Shown here: positions 22,537 to 31,853 of the stretch, in pieces
Numbering within the stretch: the stretch's first letter is position 1
How the letters are laid out: every line of letters starts with the position of its first letter
Origin: Candidatus Saccharimonadota bacterium
GTDB taxonomy: Bacteria; Pseudomonadota; Gammaproteobacteria; Enterobacterales; Enterobacteriaceae
Assembly (NCBI RefSeq): GCF_014857065.1
Contig: NZ_CP046533.1
Coordinates: 480,001-512,000, forward strand
Length of the DNA stretch: 32,000 nucleotides
Direction: 5' to 3'
Made by a program: the position numbers and the translations under genes
The notes under the pieces: model-generated
The model's database searches: none
What the model was told of the DNA's origin: nothing
What the model saw: the letters and a program-made list of their open reading frames with translations, nothing else

Positions 22537-22724
22537 TTTACTATTTTTTTATTTTTGTTTTTGTGTAAAATTGATATTTATCTGAATCAATTATTAGCAG
22601 GTGAGTGTTTATGATTAAAAATGATAGACCACATTATTATTTTAGTTTTGGTAATTTGCAATATTTATAGGAATTTTTTATTAATTTGTGGCTTTAGTGT
22701 CCTATATGGCGTAAAATAAATATT

Positions 22725-23354
22725 ATGAAAAAAAAAATTTTGGCATTTATAGCATGTTTGTTTTTATCTATTAATGTATTTTCATCAAGTTTTTATGAAG
22801 GGCAACAATATATTAAGTTGTGTAATCCTGTTAGTGATGCACCTCAATTATTAGAATTTTTTTCTTTTTATTGTCCTCATTGTTATCAATTTGAAGAAGT
22901 TTATCAAATTTCTACTAAAATCAAAAAATTTTTACCTTATGATATTAAAATAGTTAGATATCATGTTGATTTTTTAGGTAAAATGGGTAAACAGTTAACG
23001 CGTGCTTGGGCTGTAGCAGTAGCTATGGGGATAGAAGATGAAATTAATCGATTAATTTTCGAAGCTGTACACAAAAATAAAAATATGTCTATTAATTCTT
23101 TTGAAGACATTCGTAGGGTATTTTTACAATTTGGTGTTAATCCCGAACAATACGATTTGTTTTGGAATAGTTCTTTTGTTAATAATTTGGTCAATCAACA
23201 ACAGAAAGCAGTTGCTGATTTTAAATTGCGTGGTGTACCTGCTATTTTTGTCAATGGTAAGTATATGATAAAGAACGATGCTTTGGATACATCATCTGTA
23301 GATAAATATATTAAGCAATTTGGTGAATTGCTTAGTGTGCTTATTGAAAAATAG
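22725..23354 (+). CDS. dsbA: periplasmic thiol:disulfide oxidoreductase DsbA
   Basis: The 209-aa product has an N-terminal signal-like segment and the CPHC active site in LEFFSFYCPHCYQFEEV. It also carries RGVPA.FVNGKY as in E. coli DsbA. Confidence 0.92.
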   Translation: MKKKILAFIACLFLSINVFSSSFYEGQQYIKLCNPVSDAPQLLEFFSFYCPHCYQFEEVYQISTKIKKFLPYDIKIVRYHVDFLGKMGKQLTRAWAVAVAMGIEDEINRLIFEAVHKNKNMSINSFEDIRRVFLQFGVNPEQYDLFWNSSFVNNLVNQQQKAVADFKLRGVPAIFVNGKYMIKNDALDTSSVDKYIKQFGELLSVLIEK

Positions 23355-23614
23355 ATATAAATTTGTATTGAATAAGAAATTTAATTTTAGATTGTATTTA
23401 TTAAAGCTAATGGTGGGGTCTGGTTTTATAATAATTATTATTTACAAATGCAAGTTCGTTATTCTTATTAATTGTCATTCTGACTTTGTTGTAGGATAGA
23501 TAGAATACAGTTTGAGATTTTTTTAGTAGTAGATATGCTAAGATTGGTTTTTCGTTTTGTGTAATATTTTGTGTTATTTAAATATAGTTAATTACCAGAT
23601 ATATCAAATTTAAA

Positions 23615-26425
23615 ATGATTGATCATCCGTTAATTATTGTAGATGGTTCTTTTTATCTCCATCGAGCTTATCATGCTTTTCCTATTTTGGTGAATAGTGC
23701 TAAAGAGCCAGTTTGGGTGATATATGGCGTCTTGAGTATGTTAAAAAAAATTTTGATTAATTATAAGCCAGAATATATGGTTGTAGTATTTGATTCTGGT
23801 GGTCAGACTTTTCGTAATTTTTTATTTGATAAATATAAAATTAATAGAGCAAAAATGCCAAATGATTTATATGTTCAAATAAAACCATTATGTAAGTTGA
23901 TTAGAGCTATGGGTATACCATTAATAATGGAATCCAACATAGAAGCTGATGATATCATAGGTACTTTATCTTTATTTGCAACACGTTTGAAAAGAAAAGT
24001 TTTAATTTTTAGTAATGATAAAGATATGGCCCAATTAGTTTCTACGATGGTGACTGTAGTAAATACTACATCGAATATTATGTTGGATCCTAAAGAAGTA
24101 GAATTAAAATTTGGTGTACCTCCTTGTTCTATAGTAGATTATTTATCATTAGTTGGAGATTCGTCAGATAATATTCCTGGCGTACCGAATATAGGCGAAA
24201 AAACGGCTAGAATTTTATTACATAATTTTGGTAATTTAGATGGTATATATAGTCATTTATCAGAGATATCTATTCTAAAATTTCGTGGCTCTAAAAGTGT
24301 AGAGATTAATTTAAGAAATCATCGAGCAATGGCGTTTCTTTCGTATAAATTAGCTTCTATTAAAACTGATTTGGTTCTAGATATTAATTCATGCAATCAA
24401 TTATTGTTACATGAACCTAATGTTGTAATGTTGATGTCGTTATTTAAACGTTATGATTTTAAAAATTGGTTACAGGATATTGAAAATAATAAATGGTTAG
24501 TTGGGTGTAAAAATGCTATTCTGGGTTTTCGAGATGTTTTGAATATTTCTCCGCTTCCCAAATCTTCAAATCGGCAACAGTTACAAAAGACATTTGATAT
24601 AGATTATCAAATAATTTATAATATGCAGTTATTTTCCCAGTGTGTCACTCAGATTCGTAGTGTTAAATTATTTGCATTTGATATTGTGATAGATAGTTTG
24701 GATGTTTCAGCAGCTAATTTAGTGGGTATTTTTTTATCTGTAGTTTCTGGTAAAGTTTTATATTTACCTATGTCTAAATTTTTTATTGTTAATGATGATA
24801 TTAATAATGATTTTATTAGATTAGATTATATACAAGTTTTAGTAGAGTTGAAATCTATATTTGAAGATTCTGATATAGATAAAGTTGGTTATGATTTAAA
24901 AATTGATTATAGTGTATTTAAGCGATATAACATTTATTTATTGAATAGAGTTTTTGATATTCGTATAGAGTTTTATTTATTGTATGGTATTTTCCAAATT
25001 AATAATTTAGCTAAATTTGCGGATGATGATATAGTACAGAGAATGCTTGTTTTTCAGAAAAATAACCGTGAAAAAAAATTTAATAAATTTTTATTATCTG
25101 GCACCTTTAATCAAGATCTTTTTTATTCTATAGTTAAACATTTTAGTCTAATTTTAGATTTACATAAAAAATTATGGCCTAAAATTATACAAGACCTTAA
25201 TTTGAAAAAAATATTTGAAGAAATAGAAATGCCTTTAATATCAGTATTGTCTCACATTGAATGTATTGGGGTATTAGTTGATAAAACTATTCTTAACAGT
25301 TATTCCTTAGAATTGAAAGATCGTATTAGTAAATTAGAAATTTGTGCTCATAAGTTAGCGAATGAATCATTTAATTTATCTTCGGTTAAAGAATTGCGAA
25401 GAATTTTATATTTGAAACAAAAAATACCAGTTTTAAAAAAAACTCCTCTGGGTTTTCCATCTACTAACGAAGAAGTTTTAAAAAAATTATCTTCGAAATA
25501 TCCTATATCTAAGATTATCTTGAAATATCGTAATTTAGTTAAGTTAAAATCTGTTTATGCTGATAGGTTGCCTACGATGATTAATCAAAAATCTAAACGC
25601 ATTCATACTTCTTATCATCAGACTATGACAAGTACTGGTCGTTTGTCATCTACTAATCCAAATTTACAAAATATTCCTATTAGGAATAATGATGGACGAC
25701 GAGTTAGACAAGCGTTTGTTGTTCCTCCTGATTATTTGATGTTATCAGTTGATTATTCACAGATTGAATTACGAGTTATGGCTCATTTATCTAATGATAA
25801 AGAATTGTTGAGTGTTTTTCTTTCAGATCAAGATGTTCATTGTATTACTGCATCTGAATTGTTTGTGACTTCTTTAGATAGAGTTACTGATGATCAACGT
25901 TATAGAGCTAAAATTATTAATTTTGGTTTAATTTATGGGATGACTGCTTTTGGTTTAGCAAATCAATTATCTGTAACACGTATGGAAGCTCAGCATTATA
26001 TAGATGTTTATTTTGCTCGTTATCCAGGTATTAAGAAATATATGAAATTTATTTGCAAACAAATTAATACTTATGGATATGTTACTACTATTGAGGGTCG
26101 AAAATTATATATTTCAGATTTTAATTTAAATGTTAAAAAATATAAGAAAAATATTGAACGTGCAGCAATTAATGCTCCTGTACAAGGTAGTGCTGCTGAT
26201 ATAGTTAAACGTGCAATGTTAGTCATCGATAGTTATTTATGTAAGGAATCAATTCCAGCACATATGATTATTCAGGTTCATGATGAATTAATATTTGAAA
26301 TACATCGTGATGTAGTTCTTGATTTTATTCCACGTGTTAAAGAATTAATGGAAAATTGTTTTTTATTGTCTGTTCCATTGAAAGTTAAAGTTAGTGTTGG
26401 TAAAAATTGGAGTCAGGTATACTAG
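23615..26425 (+). CDS. polA: DNA polymerase I (5' nuclease and polymerase domains conserved; 3'-5' exonuclease domain degenerate)
   Basis: The 936-aa product is colinear with E. coli PolA. 5' nuclease motifs: VDGS.YL.RAYHAF, EADD.IGTL, DKDMAQL, GDSSDNIPGVP. Polymerase motifs: DYSQIELR, RAK.INFGLIYG, QVHDEL.FE. See the findings for the exonuclease motif changes. Confidence 0.95.
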   Translation: MIDHPLIIVDGSFYLHRAYHAFPILVNSAKEPVWVIYGVLSMLKKILINYKPEYMVVVFDSGGQTFRNFLFDKYKINRAKMPNDLYVQIKPLCKLIRAMGIPLIMESNIEADDIIGTLSLFATRLKRKVLIFSNDKDMAQLVSTMVTVVNTTSNIMLDPKEVELKFGVPPCSIVDYLSLVGDSSDNIPGVPNIGEKTARILLHNFGNLDGIYSHLSEISILKFRGSKSVEINLRNHRAMAFLSYKLASIKTDLVLDINSCNQLLLHEPNVVMLMSLFKRYDFKNWLQDIENNKWLVGCKNAILGFRDVLNISPLPKSSNRQQLQKTFDIDYQIIYNMQLFSQCVTQIRSVKLFAFDIVIDSLDVSAANLVGIFLSVVSGKVLYLPMSKFFIVNDDINNDFIRLDYIQVLVELKSIFEDSDIDKVGYDLKIDYSVFKRYNIYLLNRVFDIRIEFYLLYGIFQINNLAKFADDDIVQRMLVFQKNNREKKFNKFLLSGTFNQDLFYSIVKHFSLILDLHKKLWPKIIQDLNLKKIFEEIEMPLISVLSHIECIGVLVDKTILNSYSLELKDRISKLEICAHKLANESFNLSSVKELRRILYLKQKIPVLKKTPLGFPSTNEEVLKKLSSKYPISKIILKYRNLVKLKSVYADRLPTMINQKSKRIHTSYHQTMTSTGRLSSTNPNLQNIPIRNNDGRRVRQAFVVPPDYLMLSVDYSQIELRVMAHLSNDKELLSVFLSDQDVHCITASELFVTSLDRVTDDQRYRAKIINFGLIYGMTAFGLANQLSVTRMEAQHYIDVYFARYPGIKKYMKFICKQINTYGYVTTIEGRKLYISDFNLNVKKYKKNIERAAINAPVQGSAADIVKRAMLVIDSYLCKESIPAHMIIQVHDELIFEIHRDVVLDFIPRVKELMENCFLLSVPLKVKVSVGKNWSQVY

Positions 26426-26606
26426 GTTTATGAAAGTAGTAAAATACTCTTTATTTATAAATGAATTTCGTATAATTTAGTTGATTTATGTTTTCATTAA
26501 ATTAGGATAAATGTTTGTTTATTTATTTTAATATTTTTTTGAAATCGATACTTTTCTTAAGTACGGCTTAAAATTTAGTGAATATATATTGCAATCTATA
26601 TCTTAT

Positions 26607-26849
26607 TTATAAGATTTTTTCTTTAGTGATATTTTTATTTGATAGATATATATTTTCTAAGTATCTTTTATCTATTAAACCTTTTTCAATTTCTCTTAGT
26701 GCTATTACAGTATATTTATCATTTTCTTCTGGTATTAAAGCTTCTTGCATGCCAAGTTGAATTTGGCGTGCACGTCGTGAGGCAATTAATACTAAATCAA
26801 ATAAATTACCAATTTTTTCAACTGCGCGTTGTACTGTGATTCGTGCCAT
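26607..26849 (-). CDS. rpoZ: RNA polymerase omega subunit
   Basis: [33 protein letters not shown]...[18 protein letters not shown] matches E. coli RpoZ. At 80 aa it lacks the E. coli C-terminal tail. Confidence 0.92.
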   Translation of the reverse strand: MARITVQRAVEKIGNLFDLVLIASRRARQIQLGMQEALIPEENDKYTVIALREIEKGLIDKRYLENIYLSNKNITKEKIL

Positions 26850-26920
26850 TAGTTTGAAAATCTTAACAAATAACGATTATTATATTCTTTTTAAGGCAAA
26901 AATCCACTGATAATTTGATG

Positions 26921-27529
26921 TTAATTTATTTTGTTTGATTTTTGGTGTATTGTTTTTATTTTTTCGGCTAATATTATGCGTCTTAGATTGGATAATGCAA
27001 TATTAAAATTATCATTAACAATTAAATAGTCGTATTCTTTAATATGATTAAGTTCATTATTTGCATGTTTTGTTCTTTGAATTATTGTTTTTTCTTTTTC
27101 TTTTTGATTTCGGTTTCTTAATCTTCGTTCAAGTTCTTCTGTAGAAGGGGGTATAATAAAAATGCTGCAAGTTTTTGCTATTTTATTACGAACTTTTTGA
27201 GCTCCTTTCCAATCGATATTTAAAAGAATATCTACTCCTATCTTTAAGATTGGTTCGATAGAACTTTTAGAAGTACCGTAATAGTTATTAAATGTTTTTG
27301 TATATTCAAAAAAAATATTTTTTTGTATCATGTTTTTGAATTGTATTGTTGATATGAAATGATAATGTTTGCCATTAATTTCTCCAGGTCTGATATTGCG
27401 TGTTGTATATGATGTGACTATATGTATATTAGTCAATGATTCGTTTTGTGTGTTTATTAATGCATCAATTAAACTAGATTTTCCAGTTCCGCTTGGAGCG
27501 GAAATAATGTATGCGATTCCTGTTTTCAT
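26921..27529 (-). CDS. gmk: guanylate kinase
   Basis: The 202-aa product has the P-loop SAPSGTGKSSLI, plus NYYGTS, DIDW.GAQ and YDYLIVND as in E. coli Gmk. It sits immediately upstream of rpoZ as in E. coli. Confidence 0.93.
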   Translation of the reverse strand: MKTGIAYIISAPSGTGKSSLIDALINTQNESLTNIHIVTSYTTRNIRPGEINGKHYHFISTIQFKNMIQKNIFFEYTKTFNNYYGTSKSSIEPILKIGVDILLNIDWKGAQKVRNKIAKTCSIFIIPPSTEELERRLRNRNQKEKEKTIIQRTKHANNELNHIKEYDYLIVNDNFNIALSNLRRIILAEKIKTIHQKSNKIN

Positions 27530-27765
27530 AGATTGTTTAGAGAATGTTAATTTATTATTTAATATTAATTATAATTATTTGATAAGATTGTTATCTGGAT
27601 TCTTATATGTATCACATATGTATTTAATTTTTAAGTAATTTAAAGAATTATAAGGTATTATTCGGTAATAACATCGTGCAAACCGTTTATTTAGTAGTTA
27701 TTTTGTGTAAAGTTAATAATATTCAACAAATATAATGTCAGTAATTTTGTTAGGTTTTATTTATG

Positions 27766-28191
27766 TCATTTTTTTTGTGATTCAAGAACGTTACATACTT
27801 CTTTGAAATTTTTCAGTTGTTTTTCAGACAAAGATTCAAATATTTTATTTAGAATTATTTTATGGATTTTTTCTGCAGCATGTAGTTTTACTTGACCTTT
27901 TTCTGTTATATTTACGTATTTTACTCTACGGTCAGTTGGACTTTGCTTTCTTCTTAACATGTCTTCTTTTTCTAATGCATCTAATACAGTGACTACTGTT
28001 CGCGATGAGAATCCCATATAATTTTTGATATCTGTTGCACTGGTTTTTCCAGTAGTAATAAGATGTAATATTTTCATTTTTGATATTGAAAGTCCTTCAT
28101 TAATTAGTTTGCCGTTTATTTCTTTACGTAATTGGTGATAAATTTTAGATAAAGATTCTACTATTGCGCAAATATCTATGTTTTTGTTCAT
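27766..28191 (-). CDS. MarR/SlyA-family winged-helix transcriptional regulator
   Basis: The 141-aa size is typical of the family. It shows the wHTH pattern (..SATDIKNYMGFSSRTVVTVLDALEKEDMLRRKQSPTDRRVKYVNITEKGQ..), including the characteristic D-R-R ... T..G wing motif. This is a family-level call only. No specific ortholog is recognised. Confidence 0.75.
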   Translation of the reverse strand: MNKNIDICAIVESLSKIYHQLRKEINGKLINEGLSISKMKILHLITTGKTSATDIKNYMGFSSRTVVTVLDALEKEDMLRRKQSPTDRRVKYVNITEKGQVKLHAAEKIHKIILNKIFESLSEKQLKNFKEVCNVLESQKK

Positions 28192-28608
28192 TATTAAGAT
28201 CTCTAATATGATTTATTATTAATTATGTTGTTTTCTTCTATTTTGTTTTCTTTTTGTGTTTAAGTTTTAATAAAAAATTTTCTTAAGTTTGTAACATTTC
28301 CTCAATTTTTAATTTGAGATGTTTAAGCATTAGATATAATTAATATTTTATAAATGCTAAAGTCAATAAGTGATGCTATATTGTTACGGCGTTAATATTA
28401 ATTTAAGAAATATCTAGAATTATTGTAGAGTTTATCGAAGTTTTTAGAAAATTTAAATAAAATGGTCTAATATAAGAAATAAAGTTTTATAAAAAGATAA
28501 ATAAATATTTTTTATATTTTAAGTTTTTAGTTGCTTATAGTTGAGAAAGTTCTTTTTTGATTTTGTTTAAATATAAATTCGAAATTCAAAATTATTTAAA
28601 CATTTTAA

Positions 28609-28752
28609 AAATAAATATAATAAATAATAAATTTATATAAAATCAAAAATATAAATATTTGAAATTAATTTATCTTAATTTATTTCATTTTTTAAATTAT
28701 TAAAAAAGTTTTTTTATATAAAATATAAATTTATTATTTATTATATTTATTT
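28609..28752. repeat. 30-bp perfect inverted repeat separated by 84 bp (left arm 28609-28638 AAATAAATATAATAAATAATAAATTTATAT; right arm 28723-28752 is its exact reverse complement)
   Basis: Verified base by base from the sequence. The arms are 100 percent A+T. The repeat is embedded in a spacer with about 6 percent G+C (12 G/C in 28561-28760 by hand count). Confidence 0.9.
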
Positions 28753-28809
28753 ATAATTAGGATTTAAATAAGATTTAATCTGGACGTTGTTTTTAATAAA
28801 ATAATTTTC

Positions 28810-29682
28810 TTATTCTATATTTTGTGCTTGTTCTCTAATTTGTTCAATTAATGTTTTTATTTCGATTGCTGATTTTGTTATATAAATGTTACTAGATTTA
28901 GATGTGACGGTATTTGTTTCTCTATTAAGTTCTTGCATCATAAAATCTAATTTTCTACCAATTGCCCCTTTTTCTTTTTTGAGAATGTTTTCAGTTTCTT
29001 TTAGATATAAATTTAAAAGATCTATTTCTTCCGAAATATCAGATTTTTGAGCAAAAATGAATAGTTCTTGCTCTGTTCTATTTACATCTACATGAAATTT
29101 AATTTCTTCAATTTTTTTTAATAACTGTTTGCGTTTTTCAATAAGAATTGTAGGTATTTTATCTTTGATATTATTAAGTTCTATCTTTATGATAGATAGT
29201 TTTTGTTCGATTATTTCTTTTATTGCAGCTCCTTCTCTTTTTCTATTGTTTATGAAGTCACCTAATACTGAGTGAAAACATTTAAGTAGTTCAGATTGAA
29301 TGTTGTTATTGTTCAAATTCTTTTTTTTTTTAATTAATATTCCAGGCCAATTTAATATTTTTATAATGTCTATTTCTCCTTCACCGTTTTTTTTCTTTAT
29401 TTTTTTTATTATACATGTTAATTGATTAAGCATTTTTTTATTTATATCTAATATGTTAACGTTATCTAAATCCATATTAGACTGTAATATACATTCTATT
29501 CTACCGCGAGTTAAATGTGTTTTTATATTTTTGTAAATTATTTCTTTTAGTTCACTAAATTGTTCAGGTAAGATAATATTAATTTCTAGGTAACGTTGGT
29601 TAACAGAACGTATTTCCCAGGCAGCAGATCCCCATTTATTTTGTATTATATGTCTTGCAAATGCTGTCATACTATGTACCAT
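28810..29682 (-). CDS. yicC: YicC-family stress-induced protein
   Basis: The 290-aa product reads MVHSMTAFARH..WGSAAWEIRSVNQRYLE...GRKLDFMMQELNRETNT..SKS......AIEIKTLIEQIREQAQNIE. It is colinear with E. coli YicC. Confidence 0.9.
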   Translation of the reverse strand: MVHSMTAFARHIIQNKWGSAAWEIRSVNQRYLEINIILPEQFSELKEIIYKNIKTHLTRGRIECILQSNMDLDNVNILDINKKMLNQLTCIIKKIKKKNGEGEIDIIKILNWPGILIKKKKNLNNNNIQSELLKCFHSVLGDFINNRKREGAAIKEIIEQKLSIIKIELNNIKDKIPTILIEKRKQLLKKIEEIKFHVDVNRTEQELFIFAQKSDISEEIDLLNLYLKETENILKKEKGAIGRKLDFMMQELNRETNTVTSKSSNIYITKSAIEIKTLIEQIREQAQNIE

Positions 29683-29774
29683 CAGATTATTTATCCTATA
29701 GTTTATATAATATAAAATATTAAAATATTATTGCGAGATTTTAGAGTTTTGTATTTTAATATAGTTTTATTTAT

Positions 29775-30230
29775 CTAGAATCTTCCAGAGTGTCCGAAAT
29801 TTCCTTTTCCTCGTTTGTTTTTTTTAAAATTTTTTACTATGTTGAATCTTATTTGTCTAATATGTAAAAAAAGTAGTTGTGCAATTCTTTCTCCTGGACG
29901 TATTACGTATTTTTTTGTACTTCTATTCCACAAAGATATCATGATAGGCCCTTGATAGTCAGAATCAATCAATCCTATTAAATTCCCTAAAACAATACCA
30001 TGTTGATGTCCTAACCCTGATCTTGGTAGTATTATTGCAGCTAATTTTACATCGTCGATGTGAATTGCTAATCCGCTTGAAATAAGGTGTGTTTTATTAG
30101 GAGTCATTACAAGTGGTTTTTTTAGACAAGCATGCAAGTCCAAACCAGCAGATCCTAGTGTGGCATAACTAGGTAATGTGACTGTTTTCTTTATTTGTTT
30201 ATTTAATATTTTTATATTTATTTTTTTCAT
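29775..30230 (-). CDS. dut: dUTP diphosphatase
   Basis: The 151-aa product has [33 protein letters not shown] and GFGHSGR as in E. coli Dut. Confidence 0.94.
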   Translation of the reverse strand: MKKINIKILNKQIKKTVTLPSYATLGSAGLDLHACLKKPLVMTPNKTHLISSGLAIHIDDVKLAAIILPRSGLGHQHGIVLGNLIGLIDSDYQGPIMISLWNRSTKKYVIRPGERIAQLLFLHIRQIRFNIVKNFKKNKRGKGNFGHSGRF

Positions 30231-31425
30231 TGTAACATAATAATATTTTTTTCAAAAGTTGTTGAGCAAGTAAGGTTTTGTTATTTAATGGTAGTTTTGT
30301 TTTTCCATTATGCCAAAATAAATATAATGAGTTATGGTCACTATTAAATCCCTGACCGACAAGTGAAATATCGTTAGCGCATATTAAGTCTAAATGTTTG
30401 TTTATTCGTTTAATTTGTGCATTTTTTTCTATATCATTAGTTTCAGCGGCAAAGCCTACAACATATGGTCTATTTTTTGTTAATGCTCCAACATTTGCGA
30501 TGATATCAGGATTTTTAATCATATTAATTATTATGTGGTTACTATGTTTTTTTATTTTTTTTATTGAAGGTTCATTAATACGATAATCTACTACTGCTGC
30601 ACATCCTATAAAAATTTGCTGATTATGTATTTTTTTCATTACAGCTTCTTGCATTTCTAATGCACTTGTAACATTTATACGCTTTACTCCTGAAGGGGTA
30701 TCTAAATGTACAGGTCCTGAAATTAAAGTTACTTTTGCTCCTTTTGAGGCAGCAACTCGAGCTATGGAAAATCCCATTTTTCCGGAGCTATGGTTAGATA
30801 AGAAACGTATTGGATCTAAAGCTTCACGTGTAGGCCCAGCAGTAATCATTATATTAAGGCGATTTAACGAAATTTTTCTTTTAAAATAATGGTATGTTAA
30901 GTCAACAATTTTTAATGGTTCACACATACGACCGTAACCATTATCATTGCAAGCTTGATTTCCTGTATCTGGACCCCATAGCAATATTCCACGTTTTTTA
31001 AGTATATTAAGATTATGTTGAGTGGCTGCGGCTTTATACATTTGTTGATTCATTGCTGGTACAACCGCAATAGGAGCTTTAGTTGCTAAACATAAAGTAC
31101 TAATTATATCTGTCGCAAATCCTGCTGCAAGGTGGGCTAATAAATTTGCAGTAGCTGGTGCAAGTAAAATTAAGTCGGCCCATTTTGCTAATTTTATATG
31201 GTCCATGCCGGTGTTTGACGTAACGTTAAATAAATTACTGATTACTGGATAAGATGAAACTACTTTTAGACTTAATGGGGTAATAAATGATTTAGCGGTA
31301 GACGTCATTATGACGCGTACATATGCTCCTTTTTTTCGTAAGCGACGAATTAATTCTGGAGCTTTATAAGCAGCGATACTTCCGCTTACTCCTAAAATAA
31401 TATTTTTACCTTCCAATTCTGTCAT
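30199..31425 (-). CDS. coaBC: bifunctional phosphopantothenoylcysteine decarboxylase / phosphopantothenate-cysteine ligase
   Basis: The 408-aa product is colinear with E. coli Dfp ([59 protein letters not shown]). Its 3' end overlaps the dut start by 32 nt. Confidence 0.94.
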   Translation of the reverse strand: MTELEGKNIILGVSGSIAAYKAPELIRRLRKKGAYVRVIMTSTAKSFITPLSLKVVSSYPVISNLFNVTSNTGMDHIKLAKWADLILLAPATANLLAHLAAGFATDIISTLCLATKAPIAVVPAMNQQMYKAAATQHNLNILKKRGILLWGPDTGNQACNDNGYGRMCEPLKIVDLTYHYFKRKISLNRLNIMITAGPTREALDPIRFLSNHSSGKMGFSIARVAASKGAKVTLISGPVHLDTPSGVKRINVTSALEMQEAVMKKIHNQQIFIGCAAVVDYRINEPSIKKIKKHSNHIIINMIKNPDIIANVGALTKNRPYVVGFAAETNDIEKNAQIKRINKHLDLICANDISLVGQGFNSDHNSLYLFWHNGKTKLPLNNKTLLAQQLLKKILLCYNEKNKYKNIK

Positions 31426-31853
31426 TTTATTTTAATATTCAGTGTTTATATATTAGGGTATTATAGTTTGTTTATCTCAATACATACAGTTAATCTTTAT
31501 TGTATGAAATATGTAGTATATGAAACGCTTTGTTATTTTGTATCTAAATATGTCAGAATGATATTTCATAAAATATTTTGTATGATTTGTTTAAGGCAGT
31601 TGTGTATTATATAAAATTTTTTTTGGTTTTAAAGGTTTCATATCTGTTTTGTTTTGATCTTTAATGTATTACACTAATTATTGTAGTTTCCAGTTTTGTT
31701 TAGTTTTTTATTTAATTTGTATATTTATAATTTTATTTATTGTTTTGTTCGAATATGTATTTTATCAAAAAATTTATATTCAGGAAGAATCTTTTAGTAT
31801 ATAATGAATACGCATGATGTCGGTTTTATTTGTGCGATTAAGTTGGGGTTTTT

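Noticed and set aside
27369-27638. 89-aa plus-strand ORF overlapping the 5' end of gmk and running into the gmk upstream spacer.
   Set aside because: Most of it is antisense to the well-conserved gmk P-loop region. It has no recognisable domain and no ribosome-binding site, so it is a chance ORF.
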